DNA of 63,809 bases, filler included, from Thraustochytrium aureum (GCA_012862495.1; 6 parts of 3 records of this genome joined end to end with filler, not necessarily neighbours in it), one strand, 5' to 3'; positions 10,075-21,478 are shown, numbered from the whole stretch's first letter. Notes: generated from the sequence alone by a model not told the origin. Numbers and translations are program-made.

Positions 10075-12273
10075 ATGGCGTCGCTGGAGGAGCTGATCGC
10101 CGAGACCAAACAGGTCATCGGCGGTCAGGTGAAGAAGCCCAAGATGGCGGACAAGCTGCTGGCCAGACCGCCGTTCAGGTTTCTCCATGATACCGTCATG
10201 GCGCTGAATGCCAAGACGGGGCTCGTGGACGAGCTGCTGACCGAGGAGGAAAAGGACTCTGCCAACATCAAGGAGAAGGAAAACAAGCTCGACTTTTTGC
10301 GCAAAGTGATCGCCTTCACAAGCATCTGCACCGGCTCGGCCATCCAGGTGCGGGCAAGCAAGGTGGTTGCGGGCGCCGAGCCCGAGAACACCAACGCTCT
10401 CCTCATCGCGCTTGGCCGCGCCAACATGGACGAAACCATCGACTTTGCCGAAGCAGCACAGCGCGCCAAAAACGGCGACGCACCCAGCGACATCCCACGC
10501 AAGGGCACGGCAGCGCAGGAGGCCAAGGAGCCCGAGGCCAAGGAGCCCGAGCCCAGCATCGCCGCTGAGACCAAGGCGGCCGAGAACGACGAGCAAGAAG
10601 ACAAGGAAGCCGCACGCGCCGCCGAACAAGACCGGGCCGAAAAGGAGCGCGAGCGGGAGAAACGCCGCCAAGCCAAGGAGGCAGCAGAGCGGGCGCGCCG
10701 AGCCAAGGCCGAGGCACAAGCCGAGGCGCATTCGCAAAAAGAAGAATCGAAAGCCGCAGAGCCTGCTTCAAAGGCCGCGACCAGCCGAGCTTCGTTGGAC
10801 GTCTCGCGCGCGGACGGCGAGCTCGCGACCACCGTGGACCTGCTGCAGGACCTGATAAAGAAGCCAAAGCTGAGCGAAAAGCTCCTGGCCAAGCCGCCGT
10901 TCCGGTTCCTGCACGACGTGATCACCAACCTGAACGCCGGATGCGGCATCGTTGAGGGCCTCTTTGCGGGGGACGAGCTCGACGCGCGCGCTATTTCCTC
11001 CAAGGAGGCAAAGCTCGACTACCTGAACAAGCTCATCAAGTTTGCAGAGCTCTGCTCGGGGGCGCCAGTGGAGGCGCGCGCTAGCCGCATCGTGGCCGGC
11101 CACGAGCCGGAGAAGACCAACGCCCTCCTCCAAATGCTTGCTCTTATTGCTGCCAACGGTTGCGCTGGCGCCATTCCCGCCGCGGAGGCCGTGAGATGCG
11201 TCTTGGACGGCACGGAGCCTGCTGCGCCAGCTGATGGGCGAGCAGCACGCGAAGAACCTTCGGACGCCTCGCGCAAGACCGCCAAAAAGCCCAAATCCCG
11301 CGCAGAGCCCTCGAGCCAGCCCACAAGTGAGACAGTTGCTCTCAAGGGCGACGACGACGACGGAGAGGAGGAGGCCCCGCGCAGAGGTGACACAAGCGAA
11401 GCCAAAGCCAACGAAGAGGACCACGGCGTCGAAGGCAAGGCCAGCAACGACGCCGACAACGAGAGCGATGACGATGCGCCGCGAAGGCAAGTAGCCCGCC
11501 CGCAAACTGCTCGCAAGCGCCCTCCGAAGATCAAGGAAAACGCCGTCGAAGTCTCGTCCAAAGAAAAGGCCCAGTCGCGCGCCAGCGGCGACCGTCCTGT
11601 TGGTGTCATGATGGACGGCCAGGACGAGTCGGACGACTCGGAGGCCGAGGACGGGAACGGGTCTGACGCTGGGCTTTTGCGCGACCCCAACCCGGCCGAC
11701 GGGGACCTTGACATGCGTCGCCGGGGCCAGGACAACGGCAACCCAGCCGCGGACGGCGAGAGGCTCAAAGGCAAGCTGGTTCGCGACATCCTAGAGGACG
11801 AGCAAAAGAGCGAGCTCGCCGGAGGCGCCGGGTCGCGAGGCAGCGACGAAGGCAAGGCTGGTGACGAGCCCACTGCGGCCGCGATCAAGATGGGCAAGAT
11901 CGGCCAGGCCGTGCGGCGCGGCAGCAAAGTCTCCAACATGGGCGTGATCGAGGTGGACAAGATTCGCTCGGCGATCCAGACGCTTTGCCAGAGCACAAAC
12001 CCACTTGGCAAGTGCATGGACTACGTGCACGAAGACCTCAGCGTGATGGCCAAAGAGCTCGAGCGCTGGCGCACGGACTACCGAAAGAGCTGCGATGCGC
12101 TGGAGGACGAGCAGCGCGTTACTACCGAAACGCTCCACCCGCTCCGAGGCAAGCTTGCCGACGTCGAGGAGCGCATCAAGGACGAGCAAGCCAAACTCTC
12201 CACGCTCAAGGCGAGCATCGCAAAGAACGACCAGCGCATTGCAGAACTCTTGCGCGACATGGTGCTCGGGTGA
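10075..12273 (+). CDS. TRAF3IP1: IFT54/TRAF3IP1 (MIP-T3) with duplicated N-terminal CH domain
   Basis: KKPKMADKLLARPPFRFLHD...VAGAEPENTN and a second copy KKPKLSEKLLAKPPFRFLHD...VAGHEPEKTN; RPQTARKRPP; C-terminal IQTLCQSTNPLGKCMDYVHEDL coiled coil. Confidence 0.93.
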   Translation: MASLEELIAETKQVIGGQVKKPKMADKLLARPPFRFLHDTVMALNAKTGLVDELLTEEEKDSANIKEKENKLDFLRKVIAFTSICTGSAIQVRASKVVAGAEPENTNALLIALGRANMDETIDFAEAAQRAKNGDAPSDIPRKGTAAQEAKEPEAKEPEPSIAAETKAAENDEQEDKEAARAAEQDRAEKEREREKRRQAKEAAERARRAKAEAQAEAHSQKEESKAAEPASKAATSRASLDVSRADGELATTVDLLQDLIKKPKLSEKLLAKPPFRFLHDVITNLNAGCGIVEGLFAGDELDARAISSKEAKLDYLNKLIKFAELCSGAPVEARASRIVAGHEPEKTNALLQMLALIAANGCAGAIPAAEAVRCVLDGTEPAAPADGRAAREEPSDASRKTAKKPKSRAEPSSQPTSETVALKGDDDDGEEEAPRRGDTSEAKANEEDHGVEGKASNDADNESDDDAPRRQVARPQTARKRPPKIKENAVEVSSKEKAQSRASGDRPVGVMMDGQDESDDSEAEDGNGSDAGLLRDPNPADGDLDMRRRGQDNGNPAADGERLKGKLVRDILEDEQKSELAGGAGSRGSDEGKAGDEPTAAAIKMGKIGQAVRRGSKVSNMGVIEVDKIRSAIQTLCQSTNPLGKCMDYVHEDLSVMAKELERWRTDYRKSCDALEDEQRVTTETLHPLRGKLADVEERIKDEQAKLSTLKASIAKNDQRIAELLRDMVLG

Positions 12274-12807
12274 GGAGCTTCACGGTTTGCGACACAGCAC
12301 GCCCAACTCGACATCTGGGGGGACGTTCAACGACAAAAAAAGCAAACCCCCTTCGCTTAGTTGCGCCCTTTCCCTCCTTGCCTCCCTTCGACCGCGCAGC
12401 CAGCCCGCCTGCCATGCACGTACCATCACAGACAGGTGACGATGCCGCGATGTGGTGGACTCCATTCCATCCGCCGCCCAGCAAGTCTGCGGTCAAAGCA
12501 AGGCGCCTGTTCGAATTTTCGGCCCACCATCACAGCGTCTGAGCAGCACAGTGCAGATAGCCTCGAGAGGTATCCATCCTCAGGGAGCGCGGGCACTGCA
12601 GCTGGACGAGTCGGGCTGCCGAGGCACGGGCGCGGCCCCGGCGAGGCGCCCTCGTGCAAGCGAGCGCTCTGGCTTCCCGCGCCTGGCCGCGCGAGATCCA
12701 CAAGCGAGCAGCAGCAGAGATCAGGGATCTGCAGACTCGCCCTGCGAGCAAGCACAGCAGCGAACGGGCGACCCGGGGTCGAGGGCCTCGGCCTGCGGCG
12801 AGTAGGC

Positions 12808-12881
12808 ATGTCTGACATTCGCGCCTTTTTCGGGGGCGGCGGCGGCGCCAAGAAGGCCGCCCCCGCGAAGAAGCTGCTGCC
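12808..12881 (+). CDS. RFC1: Probable replication factor C large subunit N-terminus, truncated by scaffold end
   Basis: MSDIRAFFGG resembles the M(S)DIRxFF start of RFC1; only 24 aa are visible. Confidence 0.5.
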
Positions 12882-12925
12882 NNNNNNNNNNNNNNNNNNN
12901 NNNNNNNNNNNNNNNNNNNNNNNNN

Positions 12926-12937
12926 TTAATTAATTAA
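12926..12937. other. Artificial scaffold linker (six-frame stop TTAATTAATTAA between N runs)
   Basis: Identical 12-mer flanked by N runs, recurring five times in the window. Confidence 0.97.
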
Positions 12938-13659
12938 NNNNNNNNNNNNNNNNNNNNNNNNNNNNNNNNNNNNNNNNNNNNCCTCCACCTCCATGTGCTA
13001 TCATGCTTGCTTGTGCCTGCCCTTCTTCTTGCCGGCAAGCACGAGAGAGGGGATGGCATCATGCCCGTGGAAGGTGTCGGCCCTCGCTGCCTGCAAGCGC
13101 AAGCGCAAGCAGCGGTCCGACGGTCCCAGATAGATGCTCGAGGAGGTCGCGGTGCATGCCTCCCGGCCCGCCGACCGCTGCAAGGCCATTTCACGCGGAC
13201 GTTGCCCGGGTGCCGAGTGTGTAGGTAGGGTCGGCATGTTCATACGGTCGGTGGGTGGGTTGGCTGGCCTGTCGGGGGCCAGTTGCATCATGGATGGTGC
13301 ATCCCGTGCGCTGGATGCCACCCTCTGGCGATCAGCACATCATCAAGGAGGATCGTTTTGCGCTTGGAGGCGAGTTGGAGCGCCTTGTCCTTCCTTGAGC
13401 TGCCGAGAGCTGCGACGTTTTGCTTTTGGGGCACCGCACACCGCATGTACGAACGACGACGACAGCAAACTCTACTCCAGCTCGGCATTGCAAACCAATC
13501 AACCAAGGCAGGGCGGCACGACACAACGCCGCGGCTCGGCACCAACGGCCGCCTGGAGACCAGGCCGAACACCTGAAGGTGGACCGGTCGCGGGAGCGGG
13601 ACGGGGCTGACCGGCTGGCTGGCTGGCTGGCTGGGAGGCCTTGGCGTTGCTCAGTGAAA

Positions 13660-15070
13660 ATGGCGGCGACAGCCTCCCAAACCGCAGCGGCGTGCTGCGC
13701 GCACGGCGCACACGAAGGGTTCAGGTGCTGGCGCGACAAGGTGATGTGGAGCAACATGGCCTACCTTGGGGTCAGCGGACACGCCTTTTACGTTGGGGTG
13801 GTAGACGTGGGCATCGTGTCCGTGGCCGTGGCCTTCGCTTCGACGATGTACCACCTTCACGCGGAGAGGTGCTACCTCGCCCTAGACGCGACGTTCGCTG
13901 GTCTAGTGTTTCTAGTGGCAATTCTCTGCCTCATCGACTCGCTGCGCGACGAGGGACCCTTCCACTGGATGGTGGTCAGCTCCGTGCTTGGGTTTCCGCT
14001 TCTGATCTACCTCTTCGTTGCCAGCGACCTGCCCGGCACGAAACACTATGACTTTTACCACACACTCTGGCACTTTGTCACTGCCCTCGGCACCGTTCCC
14101 GTGGTTGTCTATCTGGAGCAAAAGACCGAGTCCCGCTCCGCGGTCGAGCTCTTCTGCTGGGAGGCGTTTTGCTGCGGCGTTGCATTCGCGCTTGCTGCCT
14201 CTGGGTCATGCGCGACGTCGTGGAGCGCACCTTCTTCACCCACGCCCGCAAGGTCGTGATCGAGAGCCCAGAAGCGGAGGCGCTCGGCGCCGTCATTAGC
14301 GCTGACAACGAGATCTTCGTGCGCGGCTGCCACGTCAGCTCGGCCTGGTTTTGGGCCGGTCTCGCGGCTCAGACCGCGGGCACCTTTGCCATCTACAGCA
14401 CAGACACGCAAGACCTGGCCTTCCTCCTCGCCGGGGCCTCTGTGTGCTCGTTCGTGTACCACAAGATGCAGGCGACCTGCGAGCTCGCGCTCGACCTCAT
14501 GCTCTGCGCCGTGTCAGTTTTCGCCGTTTTTGCAGCTGTGCTTCACTCGGTCGACCACGCCGTCTTGGCGGAGTGGGTCGTGCTCGGCGCCTCGCTCGTA
14601 CTCCCCGCGGCGTTCACCTGGTCCATGTACCGCCTATNNNNNNNNNNNNNNNNNNNNNNNNNNNNNNNNNNNNNNNNNNNNNNNNNNNNNNNNNNNNNNN
14701 NNNNNNNNNNNNNNNNNNNNNNNNNNNNNNNNNNNNNNNNNNNNNNNNNNNNNNNNNNNNNNNNNNNNNNNNNNNNNNNNNNNNNNNNNNNNNNNNNNNN
14801 NNNNNNNNNNAGAAAGGAAGAGGTCCCGGGAAGCGGCAACAGGCTCCCGCGCAGCGCAAGCCGAGCCGCGGTGCCTCGTGGGCCTCGTCGCCGCACGGTC
14901 TGGCTTGCGAGCCAAGCTGCGCCTGCTTTCGGGTCAACGCGTTCATCTCGCTCCTGCTCGACCCGGTTAGCGGCAAGGCCTTCTGGCACCACCGATTCTC
15001 GCACTCATTCATTACGGCCTGCAACGTTGGCGCGGCAACGCTTTGCCTCGCGACTGCGTTGATCCAATAG
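13660..15070 (+). CDS. Multi-TM protein of the CREST superfamily type (ceramidase/TMEM8/PAQR-like), apparently tandem-duplicated; frameshift near 14200 and an internal gap
   Basis: WSNMAYL, FASTMYH (SxxxH), D and YHTLWH (HxxxH) motifs. The second half repeats them loosely (CSFVYH...LD, HRFSH). The 3' end is uncertain. Confidence 0.6.
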
Positions 15071-15479
15071 CAGCTCGCTCGCACGCGCGGGCAAGTCCCG
15101 CGCTGTGGAGCGGTGCGCATTGTTTTGTATTTAAAAGGAAACGCCGCCCTCGTTCCAAGCCCAGAATACACATGCACCCCTGCACCGCAAGTGGCCCAGC
15201 CCCTTGCAAGCCTTGCAAGTTGCCCGCCACAGCTGCCAGGGGGAGCGGCGCGAGCCCAGCGGCGCGTTGCCGTTTCGGGACCCTAACGGCTATTTACTTG
15301 CATCTCGCTCGAAGTACTTGGCTACGCTGACTCGGAGACGGATGATCTCGCACCGCCAATGCGGGTCGGATGGCAGACCCGAAACGCTCGAAAGGAAACA
15401 GGGCCTGCGAGTGCAATCTGCCCCGCGCGCCTCGTGGCAAACACAAGAGAGCGCCGGAGAACGGCCTTTGCTGGACACC

Positions 15480-17578
15480 ATGCGCCGCTCGGCGCTCGCC
15501 TTTGTCGTGCTGGGAGCGCTCCTCGCCCACACGTGCGCAGCTGTGCAGCTCGGACTCGACCTTGTTGACCTGCTTTATCGAGCAAAGGCGGCCATCGGCG
15601 AAGGCGCCATGCGTGACCCTGTCGCACATATTCGAGCTCTGGAACGCGCCTGCGAGCCGGGGTCTGTCCTTGCGGAGCGCATTCAGGGACTCTTGTCGAA
15701 GCGGCCATGGCGCGAAGAGCCAGACCACGAGTGTTTTGATGTTGCATTTGTGGAGCGCAAGGCGCTAGGGGTCCTTTTCGAGGAACGAGGGGACGTGCTG
15801 CGCGTCCAAGAGCTGAGCCCGGCAGGGCTGGCAAAGGCGTCCGGCCGAATCATCGTGGGCGACAAACTCGTAGCGCTCAACTTGAGGGGATGGAAGGTGT
15901 CGGCCTCTATGTAAGTATTCAAAAGACTCGCGCAACGCCTTCTTCAGTGCCCGCGCGGCGCGCTGACCAAGGCGACCCGCTCGCGCACGCAGGACTTTGG
16001 CGAGACGATCACGGCCCTCGAGCCACCAAAGGTCCTCCGGTTCTGCCGACCTCCGCCAGCTCGCCAGCACGAGGAGCAGCAGATTGCCACGCCACCGCAC
16101 CAGCAACAAAAGCAGCGGCCCAGCTCGGCCGCGCCGGCGATCAGCACTTTCAAAGTTGTCCTCCCAAAGCTGCAGAGTATTGGATTGCGCCTTCTTGAAG
16201 ACCTGACCGTGCAGGCAGTTGATCCGAACGGGGCGCTGGCCGAGACTGTCAAAGAAGGCGACGAGCTCATCTCGATAAACGCCAAGCCTACGAAGGGCTT
16301 GTCGCTCGAGGCTGCGTCCGACATGATCCGCACAGCGCTTCCGCCATTTGTGCTCGAGTTTTCCACCAAGCGAAAAGGTGTCGCAAGCGCAGAGCCTGCG
16401 AAAATTGCGACAGCTGTGAACGCCGGGTTAACAGGAGGGAGCGGCGGCGGCTCTGGCGCAAGGAGCCATCTTGGGGCAGAGGGCGAGCTCGTCCTCGCGA
16501 GCCCCCCAATCCTCGCGGGGAAGCGCTACAAGGTCCAGTTTGCGAAATTCGGCTCTCCGCCTCCGTGCACGATGCAAAACATCACGCTTTTTGGCTCCTC
16601 GCGGCGCCTAGACATGGCCTGTCGCCAAGACGCATCGCAAGGCGAGTTGCCCGACAATTCCCTCGTGCTCGTTCTTCGAGGAGGTTGCACGTTTGTGAGC
16701 AAGGCGCGCCAAGTGGTCTCGGTAAGTTGCAATGCGTGCGCCTGGCTGCAATAGCTTTGAGCCGCGGTCCGGGCTGACGCGCTGCCCTATTTGCACTGTT
16801 TCCAAGTCTGGCGGCAGTGGGGTCGTCGTCGTCACCCGCTCCTTCGAACCCATGGTGAACATGCCTTCCGGCGCCGGAGAGCTTCGCCCAGGCCCGGTCC
16901 CAATTCCTGCCGCGATGATGTCGTGGGCCGACGGGAGCGCTCTGAGCGGCCTACTCAAGAGTGGCCAGCTCCAAGGCGTCTTGACGGGCCTGCTTGCACT
17001 GACACCAGACAATTGCTCGCTGACGCTGCCGCGCAAGGGGCCATTGCCGGCGCGTCGGGCCAGGGCGACGAGAAAAACTACTCGACGTGGACAACAACGG
17101 ATGGACGGTCGAGGGACAGGTACAAGGTCGCGAGAACTGTCGAGCTCCTCGTGTGGAGCTCGGCGAACAACGCTGTCCTTCCCATCTACGGGATCCTGAG
17201 CGACTTCGGGACAAGCTATGCCTCGTTTCCGCAAATCATGGAGGCCGAGTCTGGGATTCCCATGCTCGCCCCAGACCCGTACGACGGATGCAAGCCGTTT
17301 TCCTCATCAGGGATCGATTTCCAAGGTGCCACGGTTGTCCTATACCGCGGCGTGTGCTCGTATGCCGAGAAGGCGATCAACATTCAAAACGCTGGTGGCC
17401 AGGCCATGATTCTTATCAACCACGAGGAAGCGCTTGGAAAGCTCCACGCTATGACAGCTCAGCCAGAACTGGCGCCGATGGTCAAGATCTCTGGTGCGAT
17501 GATCAACGCGACAGCAGGGGCCGCCCTGAAGGACCTTCTCCTCCCAAAAGCAGACGGGACGGCCGACGCAAGCGATAC
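15480..17578 (+). CDS. Secreted or membrane protein with two PDZ-like and two PA domains; introns 15911-15992 and 16722-16806; 3' end in gap
   Basis: Signal peptide MRRSALAFVVLGALLAHTCAA. PDZ-like IIVGDKLVALN and VKEGDELISIN. PA-like LVLRGGCTFVSKA and LYRGVCSYAEKAINIQNAGG. Both introns are GTAAGT...GCTGAC...AG; two frameshifts (near 15881 and near 17000). Confidence 0.72.
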
Positions 17579-18454
17579 NNNNNNNNNNNNNNNNNNNNNN
17601 NNNNNNNNNNNNNNNNNNNNNNNNNNNNNNNNNNNNNNNNNNNNNNNNNNNNNNNNNNNNNNNNNNNNNNNNNNNNNNNNNNNNNNNNNNNNNNNNNNNN
17701 NNNNNNNNNNNNNNNNNNNNNNNNNNNNNNNNNNNNNNNNNNNNNNNNNNNNNNNNNNNNNNNNNNNNNNNNNNNNNNNNNNNNNNNNNNNNNNNNNNNN
17801 NNNNNNNNNNNNNNNNNNNNNNNNNNNNNNNNNNNNNNNNNNNNNNNNNNNNNNNNNNNNNNNNNNNNNNNNNNNNNNNNNNNNNNNNNNNNNNNNNNNN
17901 NNNNNNNNNNNNNNNNNNNNNNNNNNNNNNNNNNNNNNNNNNNNNNNNNNNNNNNNNNNNNNNNNNNNNNNNNNNNNNNNNNNNNNNNNNNNNNNNNNNN
18001 NNNNNNNNNNNNNNNNNNNNNNNNNNNNNNNNNNNNNNNNNNNNNNNNNNNNNNNNNNNNNNNNNNNNNNNNNNNNNNNNNNNNNNNNNNNNNNNNNNNN
18101 NNNNNNNNNNNNNNNNNNNNNNNNNNNNNNNNNNNNNNNNNNNNNNNNNNNNNNNNNNNNNNNNNNNNNNNNNNNNNNNNNNNNNNNNNNNNNNNNNNNN
18201 NNNNNNNNNNNNNNNNNNNNNNNNNNNNNNNNNNNNNNNNNNNNNNNNNNNNNNNNNNNNNNNNNNNNNNNNNNNNNNNNNNNNNNNNNNNNNNNNNNNN
18301 NNNNNNNNNNNNNNNNNNNNNNNNNNNNNNNNNGGCCGCGGCGGGGCGGCGCTCGCGGTCGGCGCGCACGTGCGCCTGGGCGTGGCTCTGCTGGTGCTGG
18401 TGCTGCTTGCTGCTGCTGCTGCCTGCGGCAGACGGCGGGCTGGGGTGAGGGGCG

Positions 18455-20074
18455 ATGGCTGGAGGGACGGTGGAAGCGGCGCGCGCGGAGGAGCAGTTGC
18501 TGGGGAAGACTGCGCTCGCTAATCTCCTGCATGTGGCGGGCGATCACGTGGACCTGCTGATGGCCACGAGGGCTGCGTGGGGCGTTGTGGTTGCGCTGTG
18601 GGTCTCCAGGCGCTTTGATGCCGCTCTCGTGGTGTTGTTGGTGTCGATGGTAGCCTGCCTGGCAGCCTTCCCCGTGCTCGATCAAGTGTTTGAGCAGATC
18701 GGCCCCTTCCTGCCAGGCGTCAAGGCGCGCATAAACCTCTCGCACCTCGCGGCTCCCTTTGCAAGACTTTTCGGGAACCCTGAGCTTGCGACCGCTCTTT
18801 TGGGGTTCGGCATCGTCGCCATCGCCGCAATTGTTGGGTGGATCGTGTCTAAGCGCTCGCCGGTTGTCGGGCTGATGCTCTACGTGGTTACCTTCATCGT
18901 CAGCGCGCAGTCTGCGTTCTTCGAAGATTACCCAGCTCGCCTTGGCGTGCCTATCTTTCTCCTCGCAGTGTCCGTGTACTCTAAGCACATCAGGTACCTC
19001 AACATCGCCTCCGCTGTGTTTGCGACGATGATGATTTCGGCCGCCAACGTGGACGACGAGCCCCCGGCCCTGAAGGAACTCATCCCGCAAGCGCTGTGGG
19101 CGGGGTTCGCCCTGCTCGTTGTGCACGACGTGCTCGTGCGCGCGGGAATCGTCGAGTGGGTGTCTCTCGTCGCGGAATCCGGCGTGCTCGTGTTCACCTT
19201 TGTGATCGTCGTGCAGATGCTGTTGGGCAGCTTGTACGACTTCCGGTTCCAGCTCTTCGATGCCGTCCCGCTCACATGGCCGAACGTGGCTCACGCGTCC
19301 TGCCTGCCCGGGTGTGTAGCCAGCTTTGAGGCGGCGATTCCCGGCGTGTTTTGCACGTTCTTCTGCGTGGTCACCATCCTGCGGAATGTTGTCGGCCGCA
19401 AGTGCAGCTTGGCCAAGTCTCTCGTTTCGGCGGTGGCAGTTGGCGGTGCTGCAACAGGCTTGCTTGCCGCTCGCGGCCAGCTCGACCTGCTGTTGCAGCC
19501 AAACGTGACCAGTGTCGTGGCCGCGCTCGCCCTTGTTTGTAGCGAGCGCTTCAGCTCGATCAAGGACGGCTTTGCCTCCAAGGACTCGGCGCTGGTGCCA
19601 CCCAAGCACGGCGGGGTTGGCTACCACGTCATGGTTTACTGGTCAACCTCGTCCAAGTCGCGCGACCAAACTGCGGAGGAAGTCCCGGCGACCGGGCCGG
19701 CGGCTGAAGACGAAGCCCAAGAGGACGCCTCCCGGGCTGAGGTGGGTGCTCTGGCGATGAATGACAAGGCGATGGAAGAGATGTGGCGGCTCGTCAAGCA
19801 CGACTTTGACGAGCTCGAGAAAGCCAAGAAAATCCATCGCAACTACCAGCAGGCCTCGTTTCAGCAGGAAGCCATCGCAAACGCGATCGTGCCGTACGAC
19901 GCGGCCTCCGAGGCCACCGCTGTTAGGGAGAAGGCCAAGGCCGAGCAGATGAACGCGAAATGTCGCGAGTCCTCGAACCGGGTCAAGCAGCTCGAGCGCA
20001 AGGCCAAGCTAAACGAGCGCAAGGCGCGCGAGATGGAGCAGCACGTCGCGGCCGCGCAGAAAAAGGACCAGTAG
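18455..20074 (+). CDS. Uncharacterised polytopic membrane protein with C-terminal coiled coil
   Basis: 539-aa ATG-initiated ORF with many hydrophobic segments and a charged helical tail; no family recognised. Confidence 0.7.
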   Translation: MAGGTVEAARAEEQLLGKTALANLLHVAGDHVDLLMATRAAWGVVVALWVSRRFDAALVVLLVSMVACLAAFPVLDQVFEQIGPFLPGVKARINLSHLAAPFARLFGNPELATALLGFGIVAIAAIVGWIVSKRSPVVGLMLYVVTFIVSAQSAFFEDYPARLGVPIFLLAVSVYSKHIRYLNIASAVFATMMISAANVDDEPPALKELIPQALWAGFALLVVHDVLVRAGIVEWVSLVAESGVLVFTFVIVVQMLLGSLYDFRFQLFDAVPLTWPNVAHASCLPGCVASFEAAIPGVFCTFFCVVTILRNVVGRKCSLAKSLVSAVAVGGAATGLLAARGQLDLLLQPNVTSVVAALALVCSERFSSIKDGFASKDSALVPPKHGGVGYHVMVYWSTSSKSRDQTAEEVPATGPAAEDEAQEDASRAEVGALAMNDKAMEEMWRLVKHDFDELEKAKKIHRNYQQASFQQEAIANAIVPYDAASEATAVREKAKAEQMNAKCRESSNRVKQLERKAKLNERKAREMEQHVAAAQKKDQ

Positions 20075-20226
20075 GCCTAGCATGAGCCGGCGGCGACCAT
20101 CGCCGCTTTGCTCTGGCGCCCGTCGCCGACTTGCGGCCCTCGTTGTGCGGCCGGCTCGAGCGAGGGGCGTGGCTCAGCGATTNNNNNNNNNNNNNNNNNN
20201 NNNNNNNNNNNNNNNNNNNNNNNNNN

Positions 20227-20238
20227 TTAATTAATTAA
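20227..20238. other. Artificial scaffold linker
   Basis: TTAATTAATTAA between N runs. Confidence 0.97.
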
Positions 20239-20353
20239 NNNNNNNNNNNNNNNNNNNNNNNNNNNNNNNNNNNNNNNNNNNNTCTGTTGCAGAAGAAGGA
20301 GCCGAGCTGACAGAGCTGGCGCGAGCGCGGCGGGCGGACAGCGCCGTGCGAAG

Positions 20354-21364
20354 ATGAACAAGGCCACGACGACCTTCGACAACCCTCTCGCGGCGAAGCT
20401 GCAGCGCGAAAAGGCCCTGGAGGCAGAAGCAAAGCGGCGCGCGGCCGCGGCTCAGCGCGCCAAGGCTTTTGGGGCCGTGGCGCTTGCTGCAGGAGGCAGA
20501 GGGGGCGGCCAGGGCCGGCCGACGCGGGAGAAGAAGGGAGAAGCGGACAAGTCCCGCACGGTTGACGCCCTGATACTGAAAGGGTCTGCCAAAGTCAACA
20601 CCGCGACGCTTCTCGGAAGGCGGAGCCGCGCTGCGCCTCGGCAAAGCAAAGTGCCCCAGGGGAGTACCGCGTCCCTTCCGACGTCTGCATGCAAATCTGG
20701 CCAAGAGGAGGCGGAGGAGGAGGAGGAGTGCAAGGTGAACGACGAGTCCGAGGCGGCCGAGTCTGGCGGCAGCTCCTCTCGCCGCGCGGAAGCCAAGGCG
20801 GCGCCCCAACTCGGGCAAATAAACGTTCCGCTGGTGAACGCGCAAGCTGCCGCAGAAGAGAAAGCTGCAGAAGCACAAGCCGCATTGCGCCGGCATGGGC
20901 ATGACGGGCGAGCTGGCCCGCAGAGCGGCGGATGCGGCCAACCTGGCAAAAGCGCCTCGGCGCAAGACGATCTCGCGGGGCCGCAGAAGGATGCAGTAGC
21001 GCCAAACGGCCGCCCCCTGTCGCATTCGCCGCCGCGTGCCCCGACACGTGGCCAAGCGAGCGCCAACCTCGGCATCGCTCCATCCTGGGCCTCAACTGAC
21101 AAGGCGAAGCCTATCGCAACCGCTTCCGCGCGACCCTCTATCTTAGCCTTGCAAGCGCAAGGCACTCCAAGGGAAGGGGAAGGCCGACAAGGGGCCCCGG
21201 TGCTGGAGCGAAGCGCGTCGAGCCACGTCCGGGATCTCGCGGCAGCGATTGACTCTGCAATTGCAACAACTGGCCAGAGCCGCCAAAGCAACGCAGGATC
21301 TTTGCAAAGCGTGCGAGGGCTGGTTGCGGCGATCGAGCGTCGGCTCGGCTCGGTTCAGCGCTAA
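20354..21364 (+). CDS. Low-complexity Ala/Ser/Glu-rich hypothetical protein (possibly the C-terminal part of a longer gene)
   Basis: 336-aa ORF at the scaffold start with twin C-terminal motifs SHVRDLAAAI and SVRGLVAAIE. Confidence 0.5.
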   Translation: MNKATTTFDNPLAAKLQREKALEAEAKRRAAAAQRAKAFGAVALAAGGRGGGQGRPTREKKGEADKSRTVDALILKGSAKVNTATLLGRRSRAAPRQSKVPQGSTASLPTSACKSGQEEAEEEEECKVNDESEAAESGGSSSRRAEAKAAPQLGQINVPLVNAQAAAEEKAAEAQAALRRHGHDGRAGPQSGGCGQPGKSASAQDDLAGPQKDAVAPNGRPLSHSPPRAPTRGQASANLGIAPSWASTDKAKPIATASARPSILALQAQGTPREGEGRQGAPVLERSASSHVRDLAAAIDSAIATTGQSRQSNAGSLQSVRGLVAAIERRLGSVQR

Positions 21365-21478
21365 GAACAGTCGGGATCAATGGCTAAAATTACGATTCCT
21401 CCCCATTGCAGAGTTGCATGCATCACCGAGAGAACCAGCGTTGCAGGTCGCTCGCGCTCACCCAGCGTCCCCGCTCGC

